Source: Chloroflexota bacterium (GTDB lineage: Bacteria > Chloroflexota > UBA11872 > VXOZ01). From it: a stretch of 64,000 nucleotides of DNA. Location: assembly GCA_963662335.2 (NCBI GenBank), contig CAXXVD010000003.1, forward strand, positions 1-64,000, given 5' to 3'. The position numbers were made by a program, and so were the translations under genes. Position 1 is the first letter of the stretch, and each line of letters begins with the position of its first letter. The notes beneath the pieces are model-generated. The model saw only the letters and a program-made list of their open reading frames with translations, was not told the DNA's origin and made no database searches. Of the stretch, positions 30,007-39,992 are shown piece after piece.

Positions 30007-30528
30007 GCTTGTGCTCCGCTTCAACTGCAAGAATTCGTCATCCCTCACCTGGATTCCGGCTTTCGCCGGAATGACGGACAGTGTGGGGCAATGACAGATT
30101 CCGTCTTGCTGTTTCAATACTACTGAGGGAAAGGTGAACTGCCTTCCCGCGCGGCGGCGCCACCGGGGAAGCGGCACCGCAACTCACCCTTATGATAGCA
30201 CGCGCCCGCCCACTTCCTGCGCCCACGCCAGGCCGGTTAGGTTTGCGCCTGGCGCGTCGGTCGCTACAATGAGGGGCAGAGCGGCTCTGCGCGCGGGGCG
30301 GCGGGGGACAAGCCCCCGCGCTACGACATGCGGGTTGCGACGCCGGGCCACGACGCGCCGGTTGCGTTGGCAGAGGCACGACTACACCGGTAGGGGCACG
30401 ACATGTCGTGCCCCTACCGGGGAGCGCGGATTGCGCGTCTCCTGCCGGTGCGGACGCCGCCGCGTGCAAACCGGCGCGCTGCCGCAGCCGCCGCGACGGC
30501 CGCATTGAATCGCCAAAGGGTATACACG

Positions 30529-32517
30529 ATGCCGCGTGACTTGCCGGTTGGCAACGGCCGCCTGCTCATCTGCTTCGATAGCAACTACCGCATTCGCGAC
30601 GTCTACTATCCTCACGTCGGGCAGGAAGACCACGCCCAGGGGCATCCGTTCCAATTCGGCGTGTGGGTGGACCACCAGTTCGCGTGGATTCACGATTCCT
30701 CCTGGCGCAAGTCGCTGCGCTACCTGGAAGACACGCTCGTCACCCACGTCACGGCCCAGAACGACCGGCTGCGGCTGCGGCTTACCATCCAGGACGCGGT
30801 GGACTACAGTTGGGACGTCTTCGTGCGGCGCATCGAGGTGGAGAATCTCGCGCCAACCGCGCGGGAGGTGCGCCTCTTCTTCCACCACAATTTTTCCCTG
30901 GGCGGCATCAGCATCGGCGACACCGCCTACTACGAGCCCCGCTACCGCTCACTCATCCACTACAAGGGCAAGATCTTCTTCTGGATGAACGTGATGAACG
31001 GCGCCGAGTTCGGGCTGGACTCCTACGCCACCGGCACCAAGAACGTCGGCGGCCTGGAAGGCACCTGGCGCGACGCCGAGGACGGTCAACTGCAGGGCAA
31101 CCCGATTGCGCAGGGATCCGTGGACAGCACCGGCTCCGTCAGCGTGACGGTAGCTGCCGGCGAATCGGCCACCGTCTACTACTGGATGGCCGTGGGCGAT
31201 AGCGCAATGGCGGTGGAAGACCTGGACCGCCAGGTGCGGCAGGTCGGCCCGGCGGCTGTGCTCTACCGCACGCAGGAGTACTGGCGGCACTGGGTAGGCA
31301 AAGAGCGGTTCGCGCTGGCCGACCTGCCGCCCGAGATCGGCGCGCTCTTCAACCGCAGCCTGCTCACCATCCAGACGCAGACCGACCACGAAGGCGCGAT
31401 CATCGCCGCCAACGACAACGACATTGCCCAGTTTGGCCGCGACACCTACTCCTACATGTGGCCGCGGGACGGCGCGCTGGTGGCGTACGCGCTCAGCCGC
31501 GCCGGCTACGGCGAGATTTCGCGCCGCTTCTTCGAGTTCTGCCTGCGCACCATCACGCCCCAGGGCTACATGATGCACAAGTACAACCCGGACGGTTCGG
31601 TGGGTTCCTCGTGGCATCCGTGGGCCGCGCCGGACGGCTCCCGCCAGCACCCGATTCAAGAGGATGAGACCGCGCTGGTGCTCTGGGCGCTCTGGCAGCA
31701 CTTCGAACGGTACTGGGACGTTGAGTTCATCAAGCCGTTCTACGCCTCGTTCATCAAGCCGGCCGCCCAGTTCATGAGCCTCTACCGCGACCTGACCACC
31801 GGCCTGCCAGTGCCGTCGTACGACCTCTGGGAAGAACGCCACGGCGTCCACGCGCACACGGTGGCCACGGTCTACGCCGGCCTGCAAGCGGCGGCGAACT
31901 TCACCGAGACCTTCGGTGAGAACAACTACACCGAGAGCTACCGGCGCACGGCGGAAGAACTCAAGGAAGCGGCGCTCACCCACATGGTGAACCCGGAAAC
32001 CGGCCTCTTCTCGCGCATGGTCACGCCGCTGCCCGACGGCACGGTGCGCCACGATCCCACCATAGACAGCGCTACCTACGCCCTCTGGTACTTCGGCATG
32101 TTAGCCCCCGACGACCCGCTGGTGGTCAGGATGATGGAAACCGTGCGCGAACGCCTGTGGGTGAAAACCGACGTGGGCGGCCTGGCGCGCTACGAGAACG
32201 ACTACTACCACCAGATAAGCAAGAACATCGCCGTGGTGCCCGGCAACCCCTGGTTCATCTGCACGCTCTGGCTGGCGGAGTGGTATGTCGCCAAGGCGAC
32301 CACGCTCGACGACCTACAGCCGGCCAAGGAAATCCTGCATTGGGTCGAGCAGCGCCGCCTGGAGAGCGGCTGCCTCGCCGAGCAGGTGCACCCCTTCACC
32401 AACGCGCCGCTCAGCGTCTCGCCGCTCACCTGGAGCCACGCGACCGTGGTGATGACGGTGAACGCCTACGTCGAGAAGTACAGTCTGCTCAAGCAAGGCG
32501 AGAACGGCCAACCATAG
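30529..32517 (+). CDS. Glycoside hydrolase family 15 (glucoamylase-like)
   Basis: YMWPRDG, IQEDET, DLWEE, LAEQV, PLTWSHA. Confidence 0.93.
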   Translation: MPRDLPVGNGRLLICFDSNYRIRDVYYPHVGQEDHAQGHPFQFGVWVDHQFAWIHDSSWRKSLRYLEDTLVTHVTAQNDRLRLRLTIQDAVDYSWDVFVRRIEVENLAPTAREVRLFFHHNFSLGGISIGDTAYYEPRYRSLIHYKGKIFFWMNVMNGAEFGLDSYATGTKNVGGLEGTWRDAEDGQLQGNPIAQGSVDSTGSVSVTVAAGESATVYYWMAVGDSAMAVEDLDRQVRQVGPAAVLYRTQEYWRHWVGKERFALADLPPEIGALFNRSLLTIQTQTDHEGAIIAANDNDIAQFGRDTYSYMWPRDGALVAYALSRAGYGEISRRFFEFCLRTITPQGYMMHKYNPDGSVGSSWHPWAAPDGSRQHPIQEDETALVLWALWQHFERYWDVEFIKPFYASFIKPAAQFMSLYRDLTTGLPVPSYDLWEERHGVHAHTVATVYAGLQAAANFTETFGENNYTESYRRTAEELKEAALTHMVNPETGLFSRMVTPLPDGTVRHDPTIDSATYALWYFGMLAPDDPLVVRMMETVRERLWVKTDVGGLARYENDYYHQISKNIAVVPGNPWFICTLWLAEWYVAKATTLDDLQPAKEILHWVEQRRLESGCLAEQVHPFTNAPLSVSPLTWSHATVVMTVNAYVEKYSLLKQGENGQP

Positions 32518-32520
32518 CTC

Positions 32521-32880
32521 TGTGGATAATTCTTCGGCATCCTGTGGATAAGCTAGCGGAATTGGGGAAAGCTACCATACCGTCAGTGGTTGAATACCTG
32601 GAATGTCTGAGGATTCGCTGCGCAAAACTCGGGAGAACTCTCTGCCGCTCACTGGATAACTCCCCTCTATCGGTGGATACTCCCAGGGACAAAGCGTCGT
32701 ATCTTCCCCACTTCCCACCATTCGTCGCGGTCATTACACTCATTCTCCACTCTTTCCTAACACAAACGCTTGCCTTTTCCCAAGAGATGCCCTAAGCGCG
32801 ATTCCCCGCCACGACCAACTTCTACGTCGCTTTCCACACAATCCACAACGCCGACTAAGGCTGTGGCTGCATTCTTGTTT
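32521..32880. other. Candidate replication origin (DnaA box cluster)
   Basis: Perfect TGTGGATAA at 32521 and 32543, several degenerate boxes, tandem CTTTCCACA-CAATCCACA at 32830-32847. Confidence 0.65.
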
Positions 32881-33040
32881 GATCTCTCTTCTTCCACTCA
32901 GTCCCAGGATGCGCCCTGCCCCTACTCACGCAAGCGCACAGCGGCTACAATGGGTACCGTGCAGCGCGGGTCTGCTGCGGGAACCATCGAACTATGAGAG
33001 GCAGCGGGCCGCCGCGGCAGCGAACACACGGAGCGTGTTC

Positions 33041-34165
33041 ATGGACGAATCAATCCGCTATACCAAGCAGAAATACGGCTGCCGGGTCGAGGCGCTGGCA
33101 GACGGCAAGCCCGTCTCAAGGCTGCGCATCGAGGATTATCAGATGCGGCTGGGAGACGCGTGGGTGCGGATGGCCGGCATAGCGGCCGTGGAGACGAACC
33201 CGGCGGAGCGCGGCAAAGGCTACGGCCGGCGGCTGTTGGAAGGGGTCGTGGCGTACATGCGGCGCGAGGGCTATCCGGTCTCGGTCCTGTTCGGCGTTCC
33301 CAATTTCTACCACCGCTTTGGCTACGCGACGGTCCTGGTGAGCAAGGGCGTGGTGCGGGTGAGGACGGAGGCGGCGGAATCGCTCCCTGGGCCTGAGGTG
33401 GCGGTGCGTGAGGCTGGGCCGGGGGACGCTGACGCGCTGCTGGCGATCTACCATGCCGAGCATGCGGCACGGAACGGGAAGATCCGCCGTAAGAAGTCGT
33501 CGTTCTTCCCGCATCTCGCGACTGATGCCGAGTGGTTTTTGGAAGCGCACCGCATTCTGCTGGCTGAAGAGAACGGGCAGCCGGTGGCATACGCGCTGGC
33601 GAACACGGAATGGCGGGAGGAGAACTCGGAGTGGCGGGTGTTCCTCCATGAGCTTGAAGCGCCGGCGGCGGTTGCGCATACCGCAGGCGTAAGCCTGATT
33701 CGCGCCCTGGGCGCGCACGCGGCGGCGCAACGCCAGGAATGGGTGTGCTTGGAGATGCTGCCGGACGCGCCGGTGCTGGACACGCTGCGTTCGGTCGGCT
33801 ATCGGCAGGAAGTCACGTACCGGCGCAATCAGGGAGGCATGGGGCGTATCATCGACCTCGCTGCCCTGGCGGATGCGCTGACAGAGACGCTGGCGAAGCG
33901 CAGCCAGGCGCTGGCCGGCGAAACACGGGTCGGCAGGATCGTGTTCAGGTGCGGCGACGAGGAGGCGGAGGTTGCGCTCGGCAGTGGACAGGCGCTCGAA
34001 ATCGCCCTGCCGCAGCACGCCCTGCTGCAACTGCTGCTGGGCTACCGCGGCATTGGGGAATTGCGTCTGGAGTACCCGGCGTGCATTGCGGAGCGGGACG
34101 CCGCTGCGGTGAACGCGCTCTTTCCCAGAGGCTATCCGTATACCTGGCTGATTGACCACTTCTAG
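33041..34165 (+). CDS. Eis-like GNAT acetyltransferase
   Basis: MAGIAAVETNPAERGKGYG, FYHRFGY, SCP2-like C-terminus. Confidence 0.85.
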   Translation: MDESIRYTKQKYGCRVEALADGKPVSRLRIEDYQMRLGDAWVRMAGIAAVETNPAERGKGYGRRLLEGVVAYMRREGYPVSVLFGVPNFYHRFGYATVLVSKGVVRVRTEAAESLPGPEVAVREAGPGDADALLAIYHAEHAARNGKIRRKKSSFFPHLATDAEWFLEAHRILLAEENGQPVAYALANTEWREENSEWRVFLHELEAPAAVAHTAGVSLIRALGAHAAAQRQEWVCLEMLPDAPVLDTLRSVGYRQEVTYRRNQGGMGRIIDLAALADALTETLAKRSQALAGETRVGRIVFRCGDEEAEVALGSGQALEIALPQHALLQLLLGYRGIGELRLEYPACIAERDAAAVNALFPRGYPYTWLIDHF

Positions 34166-34365
34166 CTGTGGGCACATGCGCTGGCCCGTGTCCCTCCGCC
34201 GCCGGCAGGGGCACGATTTATCGTGCCCCTACCGGGAAACTGGGCGCCGCCGACGCGGGGCCCTGCCTCTAGTGGCATAGGCGCGCCTCGTAGCGCGGGG
34301 GCTTGTCCCCCGCATCTTGGCCCGTTTCCCGCAGGACACCTCTCGCATTGGCACATAGGACGCCG

Positions 34366-35109
34366 ATGGGCATCGCCGCCGTCATCTTCGACGTGGACGG
34401 CCTCATGGCCGATAGCGAGCCGCTGCACCGCGCCGCGTGGCGCGAACTCGGCCGCCGCCGCGGCTTTCCCACCTACGCCCGCGACGACGAGGAGAGCCTG
34501 GGCAAACGCGTGAGCGACAATTTCCGCCGCCATCACGCCCAGGGCCGGTTCCAAGAAGCGCCGGAAGTCCTGGTCGAGGAGTATCACGGTATTCTGATCG
34601 ACATGATGAAAGAGCGGCTGCGGCCAAAGCCCGGGCTGCGGGAGGCGCTGGAATTCGTGCACGCGCAGAACTGGCGCTGCGGCACGGCCTCTTCCGGCGA
34701 CCGGGTGTACATCGACGTGGCCCTCGACGTGCTGGGCATACGCGGCTATTTCCAGGCGGTGGCGACCGGCGATGAGGTCGCCGAAGGCAAACCCGATCCG
34801 GCGCTCTACCTGCTGGCGGCGGCGCGGCTGGGCATACCGCCCGCGGACTGTGTGGCCCTGGAAGACAGCCCGCGCGGCGTGCGGGCCGCGAAAGCGGCGG
34901 GCATGCGCTGTATCGCGGTGCCGGAGGGCGCGAAGCCGGTAGCCGAGGCCGACGCGGTCTGCGAATCGCTCGTGACGGCCATTGAAGTCATGCGGCGCTG
35001 GAGCGCCGGTTGCGTGTACAATTGCGGCAAGACAACGCGAAGCCGGCGCGGGCGCAAAGACCCGGCAGAGGACGAACAATCTCCCGCACAGCGCCCATGC
35101 GCTCATTAG
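34366..35109 (+). CDS. HAD family phosphatase
   Basis: FDVDG, GKPDP, EDSPRGV. Confidence 0.9.
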   Translation: MGIAAVIFDVDGLMADSEPLHRAAWRELGRRRGFPTYARDDEESLGKRVSDNFRRHHAQGRFQEAPEVLVEEYHGILIDMMKERLRPKPGLREALEFVHAQNWRCGTASSGDRVYIDVALDVLGIRGYFQAVATGDEVAEGKPDPALYLLAAARLGIPPADCVALEDSPRGVRAAKAAGMRCIAVPEGAKPVAEADAVCESLVTAIEVMRRWSAGCVYNCGKTTRSRRGRKDPAEDEQSPAQRPCAH

Positions 35110-35123
35110 GTAAGGAAAAGAAA

Positions 35124-35918
35124 ATGGATAGAGCGGCAATGCCGGCGCAGCCCCGCGCCTTGCGGGAGTTGATACGCGCCGGCGAGTGGGACACGACGAC
35201 CGAGGGGCTGGCGCCGGGGTTCGTGCAGGCGAACCTGGCGATTGTGCCCAAAGACCTGGCGTTCGACTTCCTGCTCTTCTGCCAGCGCAATCCCCAGCCG
35301 TGCCCGGTGCTGGAGGTGCTGGAAGCAGGGTCGCACGAGCCGGCCGCAACGGCCCCCGGCGCGGACATTCGCACAGACGTGCCGCGCTACCGCATCTACG
35401 AGCACGGCGCGCTGGCCGACGAGGTGACCGACATCAGCGACCGCTGGCAGGACGACTTCGTCTCGTTTCTACTGGGGTGCAGTTTCAGCTTCGAATCCGC
35501 CATGCTTGCCGCCGGCATCCCCTTGAGGCACCTGCAGGAGGGCAACGACGTGCCGGTCTACGTCACGAGCCGGGATACCACGCCTGCGGGGGCCTTTGCA
35601 GGCCCGCTGGTGGTCAGCATGCGCCCGATACACCACACCCAGGTCGTGCGCGCGGTGCAGACCACCTCGCGCTTTCCGGGCGTGCACGGCGCGCCGGTGC
35701 ACGTCGGCGATCCGGCGGAAATCGGCATCACCGACCTGGATGAGCCCCAGTGGGGCGCGCGCACCGACGTGCGGAAAGGCGAGGTGCCGGTCTTCTGGGC
35801 GTGCGGCGTCACGCCCCAGGCGGTGGCGCTGGCCAGCAAACCGCCGCTCATGATCACCCACGCGGCGGGGCACATGTTCCTCACCGACCTGCAGGACGCG
35901 CATCTGGCGGTGCTCTAG
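35124..35918 (+). CDS. Putative hydro-lyase (DUF1445, D-glutamate cyclase-like)
   Basis: VQANL, FCQRNPQPCP, DIRTDVPRY, GCSFSFE, FWACGVTPQ. Confidence 0.9.
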   Translation: MDRAAMPAQPRALRELIRAGEWDTTTEGLAPGFVQANLAIVPKDLAFDFLLFCQRNPQPCPVLEVLEAGSHEPAATAPGADIRTDVPRYRIYEHGALADEVTDISDRWQDDFVSFLLGCSFSFESAMLAAGIPLRHLQEGNDVPVYVTSRDTTPAGAFAGPLVVSMRPIHHTQVVRAVQTTSRFPGVHGAPVHVGDPAEIGITDLDEPQWGARTDVRKGEVPVFWACGVTPQAVALASKPPLMITHAAGHMFLTDLQDAHLAVL

Positions 35919-35965
35919 GCAAGTGTAAACGAGGGAGTCAGTCAACTTGGGAAAGCGAGGCAGCG

Positions 35966-36901
35966 ATGGCGCGGCGCGTTAGAATTTCCACGATTTCCTT
36001 TCTCCTCGGCAGCGAAGCGGCAACCCAGGCCGCCCGCTACGACCAGGCGTTTCGCTATCTCGAGGCGGCGCTGGAGGATGGGCCCGACCTGATCCTCCTG
36101 CCGGAGATGTTCGAGACCATGGGGTGCCTCGAGTGGCGGCGCGTCCAGCAGGAGGACGACCCGGAGGCGCGCTTTGCCGCGGCGCTTGAACTCGCCATGA
36201 CGCAAGACGGCCCGGTTGCGGAGCGCTTCCTGGCGTTTGCCGCGCGTCATGGTGTCACCATCGTCTCCAACAACCTCACCAGAGACGGCGCCGCCCTCTA
36301 CAACCAGGCGACCTTCTATGGGCGTCAGGGCAACATTCTGGGACGCTACCGGAAGGTGCAACCCACGGAGAACGAATACGAAATCAATGGCGCCACGCCG
36401 GGGGACGACATCGCGCCCATCGAGGTGGACGGTGTGCGCTACGGCGTCTTCATCTGCAACGACCAGGCGTTTCCCGAGATTTGCCAGATCTACGGTCTGC
36501 GGGGCACGGACGTGCTGCTCCATCCCACGCAGGCCGCCGGCCCCACCGAAACCATTCGCGCCGAGATGCTGCGCACCCGCGCCCACGACGCTTCCTGCTA
36601 CCTGGTCTCGTCAACGTTTCTGCAGGATAAGCCGCTGGGATGGCAGTACCGCCAGAGCCACGCGACGATCTATGACTTCAACGGCTTTACGCTGGCCGAG
36701 ACCGGCCACCGCGCGGGCCATGCGACCGCGACGCTCGACCTGGACGAGGAACGCTGGACGAGTTGGTGTGGGAAGTACGACCACCGCCGCTCCATCCTGC
36801 GCCAGCATCGCGCCGATCTGTACGCGCGCGCTTACGAGGAGATCGCGCTGCGGAAGGAGAACATGATTCCCGTGAGGGAACCGAGCGCGATAGGATCGTG
36901 A
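35966..36901 (+). CDS. Carbon-nitrogen hydrolase (nitrilase superfamily)
   Basis: E-K-C triad: LPEM, YRKV, ICND. Confidence 0.88.
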   Translation: MARRVRISTISFLLGSEAATQAARYDQAFRYLEAALEDGPDLILLPEMFETMGCLEWRRVQQEDDPEARFAAALELAMTQDGPVAERFLAFAARHGVTIVSNNLTRDGAALYNQATFYGRQGNILGRYRKVQPTENEYEINGATPGDDIAPIEVDGVRYGVFICNDQAFPEICQIYGLRGTDVLLHPTQAAGPTETIRAEMLRTRAHDASCYLVSSTFLQDKPLGWQYRQSHATIYDFNGFTLAETGHRAGHATATLDLDEERWTSWCGKYDHRRSILRQHRADLYARAYEEIALRKENMIPVREPSAIGS

Positions 36902-36988
36902 CGGGCGCATGGCGAGGAGCGTAGGCAGGCGCGCCACGCCGCCGCCGGTCTCGCGCCGCGGCGCGGTTGCAAGATGGCTCGTATACGG

Positions 36989-37498
36989 TTAGCGCGCGTT
37001 GCCGCTTGCGCCGCCGGCACCGGGCGAGACGCCTTCCACCCACACCTCGCCGTCGGCGTAGGCCTCTTTCTTCCAGATGGGTACCGTCTCTTTCAGGCGG
37101 TTGATGGCGAATTCGCAGGCCTGGAAGGACTCTTTACGGTGGGGCGTGGCCACCGCGATCGCCACCGAAACCTCGCCAATTTGCAGCTTGCCGATGCGGT
37201 GCAGCATGGCTACGCGGCACTCCGGCCACTGGGCATAGACCTCGTGGGCGATCTTGCGCATCTCGGCTTCGGCCATCTCCGGGTAGGCCTCGTAGGTGAG
37301 GCCGGTGACGCGCTTGCCGCGGGCGTGGTTGCGCACGGTACCGGAAAACGTGGCCACCGCGCCGTAGGCGTCCGTCAGCACGTGGGGGATCAGTTCGTCC
37401 GCCGTAATTGGGCGCTCCAGGATGCGGAAATGGCCGGTTTCGACCTTCTCCGCCGCAGTCTGTGCCGAAGTGTTTGTGGCAGTCTTAGCGATAGCCAT
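36989..37498 (-). CDS. moaE: Molybdopterin synthase catalytic subunit
   Basis: FSGTVRN, YEAYPEMA, HRIG, PHRK, VPIWKKE. Confidence 0.95.
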   Translation of the reverse strand: MAIAKTATNTSAQTAAEKVETGHFRILERPITADELIPHVLTDAYGAVATFSGTVRNHARGKRVTGLTYEAYPEMAEAEMRKIAHEVYAQWPECRVAMLHRIGKLQIGEVSVAIAVATPHRKESFQACEFAINRLKETVPIWKKEAYADGEVWVEGVSPGAGGASGNAR

Positions 37499-37562
37499 CG
37501 GTTAGTTGCTCCCAAGCTACGCGGTTCTAACGTTACTCAAACGAGCGCCCCCTCTCCCTCAG

Positions 37563-37861
37563 GAGATCTTTGCATAATTCCGTCATTCCGGCGAAAGCCG
37601 GAATCCAGAGTCGTATTCACAGCCAAGAATAGCGGTTTTCAAGCGGTTTCACCCCCATCCCAACCTTCCCCCGTCGAGGGCTGACAGGGGTATGTAAATG
37701 TCATTTCGAGCGCAGCGAGGAATCTAGAGTTGCCGATTTTGCAGGGCCGCACCCTAGATTCCTCACTCCGCTGCGCTCCGTTCGGAATGACACGTGAAGC
37801 CAGTTATAGTGTACATACCCCTGTCAGCCCGTCGAGGGGGAAGGGGTAATGCAAAGGTCTC
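37563..37861. mobile_element. 299-bp IS5-like MITE containing nested elements
   Basis: Ends GAGATCTTTGCATAA / TAATGCAAAGGTCTC; CTCAG duplicated at 37558-37562 and 37862-37866. Confidence 0.72.
37680..37828. mobile_element. 149-bp MITE-like element, copy 2
   Basis: TIR GCTGACAGGGGTATGTA/TACATACCCCTGTCAGC; perfect 9-bp flank CCGTCGAGG on both sides. Confidence 0.8.
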
Positions 37862-38143
37862 CTCAGGGAGGGGGATATTTCCACCGCCGCTGACCGGCGG
37901 AATGAAGGCGAGTTCGTCGCCGGCGTGGAGCACGGTGTCCGCCGAAGCGTAGGCGCGGTTGACGGAAAAAGAGACGGACGCTTCCGCCCCGGCCAGCGCC
38001 GGATAGTCGCCGATAAGCTGGGCCAGCGCCTGGCCCGCCGTTGTGCCGGCGGGGACTTCGAGCGTACGCGTGCTAACGCCCAGGGTTTCGCGAAAGACCG
38101 CGAAGAGGCGCAGGTTGATCGTAATCGATGCGGTCTCTGCCAT
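37763..38143 (-). CDS. moaD: Molybdopterin synthase sulfur carrier MoaD with C-terminal extension
   Basis: RLFAVFRE, SVNRAYA, GDELAFIPPVSGG followed by about 39 extra residues. Confidence 0.8.
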   Translation of the reverse strand: MAETASITINLRLFAVFRETLGVSTRTLEVPAGTTAGQALAQLIGDYPALAGAEASVSFSVNRAYASADTVLHAGDELAFIPPVSGGGNIPLPEETFALPLPPRRADRGMYTITGFTCHSERSAAE

Positions 38144-38252
38144 GGTCGCTCCCGCATTCTCTGCCGCGTCGCGCCCTCAGTATACCAAAGGCCATGCAGG
38201 ACGATGCGGCGGCGGTTCGCGAACAAAAAGTTGTCGCATTGAAGTAGCGCGG

Positions 38253-38496
38253 GGGCTTGTCCCCCGCCGGCGCCATTGAAACCGGCACGCAAAGGGTTGG
38301 CCTAACAGCCTCGCAGGTTGCAAACCTGCGCTACCGGAGATTCTGGATGCGAGTTTTGCTGCCTCTCTGTCTAATGCGACAGCATTAGGGCTTGACCCCC
38401 GCCGGCGCCATTGAAACCGGCACGCAAAGGGTTGGCCTAACAGCCTCGCAGGTTGCAAACCTGCGCTACCGGAGATTCTGGATGCGAGTTTTGCTG
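38253..38496. repeat. About 100-bp direct duplication (period 135) containing REPs
   Basis: CCCCCGCCGGCGCCATTGAAACC...GAGTTTTGCTG at 38261-38361 and 38396-38496. Confidence 0.85.
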
Positions 38497-38552
38497 TCGT
38501 TCAGTCCAATTCGGCGCCATTAGGTCGCGAACCGCCCCAACCCGGCTCAGGC

Positions 38553-38580
38553 TTGACAGATGCGGTTGCCCCAGTAGTAT
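38553..38580 (+). promoter_or_regulatory. Sigma70-like promoter of the phyH-like gene
   Basis: TTGACA-16 nt-TAGTAT, then AAGGAG RBS. Confidence 0.45.
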
Positions 38581-38603
38581 TACACGAAAAGGAGTAAGGC
38601 GCT

Positions 38604-39425
38604 ATGTCCGACCCACCGGCGGCAGCCGAACCTATCCTGAGCGACGCGCAGGTAGCGTCCTACCACGAAAACGGTTACTTGGTGCTCCCCAACGTGCTCT
38701 CGGCTGGGGAACTGGCCTCTCTGCGGGCCGCCGCCGGCGCGCTGGACGAGGAGCGTCTGCGCCGCGGCGGCGCGGAGCGCACCGTAGCCATTCACGACGT
38801 GATCTTCCTGCAGGAAGCGTTCATGGAGGCGGCGCATCATCCGGCGCTCATCGGCGCGTCCGTGCAGCTTATCGGCGAGAACCTGCACCTGATCCAGGCG
38901 CGGGTACATTGGAAGCCGATTGCCAAAGGCGAAGGCGCGGTGGACTGGCATCAGGACTATCCCTTTCACCCATTGACCAACTACGACGTGCTGGCGGTGA
39001 CGTTCCTGCTGGACGACACCACGGCGCAAAACGGCGCGTTGCAGGCCATTCCCGGCAGCCACGCCCGCGGCCCGCTGAACCACCATGACGCGGACGGCGC
39101 GTTCGTGGGCCGCTGCACCAACGCCGATGACTACGCGCACGACGTGGCCGCCGGCAACCTCTACGACCTGGAAGGCCCCGCCGGCAGCATGACCATCCAC
39201 CACGCCAATCTGCTGCACTACACGCATCCCAACAACAGCGACACCCCGCGCCGGGCGTTGGTCTACCAGATCGCGGCCGGCGACGCCGCGCTGCTGGGCG
39301 GCAACTTCTTCAAGGTCTGGCCGGTCTACCTGCACGGCAGCGACCCGCTGGTGGCCCGCTTCCTGGATGGCTCGACGCAGCGCCTGCCCCAGCCGTTCCG
39401 CAACCAGGGCGGGCTGGACGGGTAA
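38604..39425 (+). CDS. Phytanoyl-CoA dioxygenase family (Fe/2OG)
   Basis: YHENGYLV, WHQD, NGALQAIPGSH, LLHYT..N..R. Confidence 0.9.
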   Translation: MSDPPAAAEPILSDAQVASYHENGYLVLPNVLSAGELASLRAAAGALDEERLRRGGAERTVAIHDVIFLQEAFMEAAHHPALIGASVQLIGENLHLIQARVHWKPIAKGEGAVDWHQDYPFHPLTNYDVLAVTFLLDDTTAQNGALQAIPGSHARGPLNHHDADGAFVGRCTNADDYAHDVAAGNLYDLEGPAGSMTIHHANLLHYTHPNNSDTPRRALVYQIAAGDAALLGGNFFKVWPVYLHGSDPLVARFLDGSTQRLPQPFRNQGGLDG

Positions 39426-39429
39426 ATCG

Positions 39430-39459
39430 TTGACTTTAACGGAAACCGCACCCTATGAT
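39430..39459 (+). promoter_or_regulatory. Promoter of the MerR-family gene
   Basis: TTGACT-18 nt-TATGAT. Confidence 0.5.
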
Positions 39460-39524
39460 TAGGGATATCTAGGTGCGAACAGATTCGGAGCGCTGGTTCT
39501 TGGGGGAACCGCTAGGGAAGAATC

Positions 39525-39992
39525 ATGTCTGGCGAACGCTATCTGCAAATAGGCGAGGTAGCGGAGCAACTGGCGCTCACGCCGCGCACGCTCCGCTATT
39601 ACGAAGAGATCGGCTTGCTCGAGCCGCCCTCCCGCATGGAAGGGGGCTTCCGCCTCTATTCGGCGGCGGACATCAGCCGGCTGGAGAACATCGTGCAACT
39701 CAAGCGCCTCTTGGGCTTCTCCCTGCGCGACATCAAGCAGGTGGTGGAGGCGATGGAGTCGCTCAAGCTCCTGCGCCAGGAGAGCCGGCAGGCCGGCGAC
39801 CTGGAAACCAAACGAGAGTCGCTGCAGAAGGCCCTGGAAATCCTGGAGACGCAGCTTGAGGTGCTGGACGGGCGCATGGGCCAGATTGCCGAACTCCGCG
39901 GCCGCTTCAACGAACGCTCGCTGCGCCTGCGCGAACGCTTGCAACAGATCGAAGCGGAACTGCAAGCGGACGCGGTAAACACGGCGCCATAG
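39525..39992 (+). CDS. MerR family transcriptional regulator
   Basis: IGEVAEQ, RTLRYYEEIGLL, GGFRLY, LGFSL. Confidence 0.93.
   Translation: MSGERYLQIGEVAEQLALTPRTLRYYEEIGLLEPPSRMEGGFRLYSAADISRLENIVQLKRLLGFSLRDIKQVVEAMESLKLLRQESRQAGDLETKRESLQKALEILETQLEVLDGRMGQIAELRGRFNERSLRLRERLQQIEAELQADAVNTAP

Noticed and set aside
39430-39459. Classical MerR-activated 19-bp-spacer promoter
   Set aside because: The spacer counts 18 bp and no clear dyad is visible; kept only as a generic promoter
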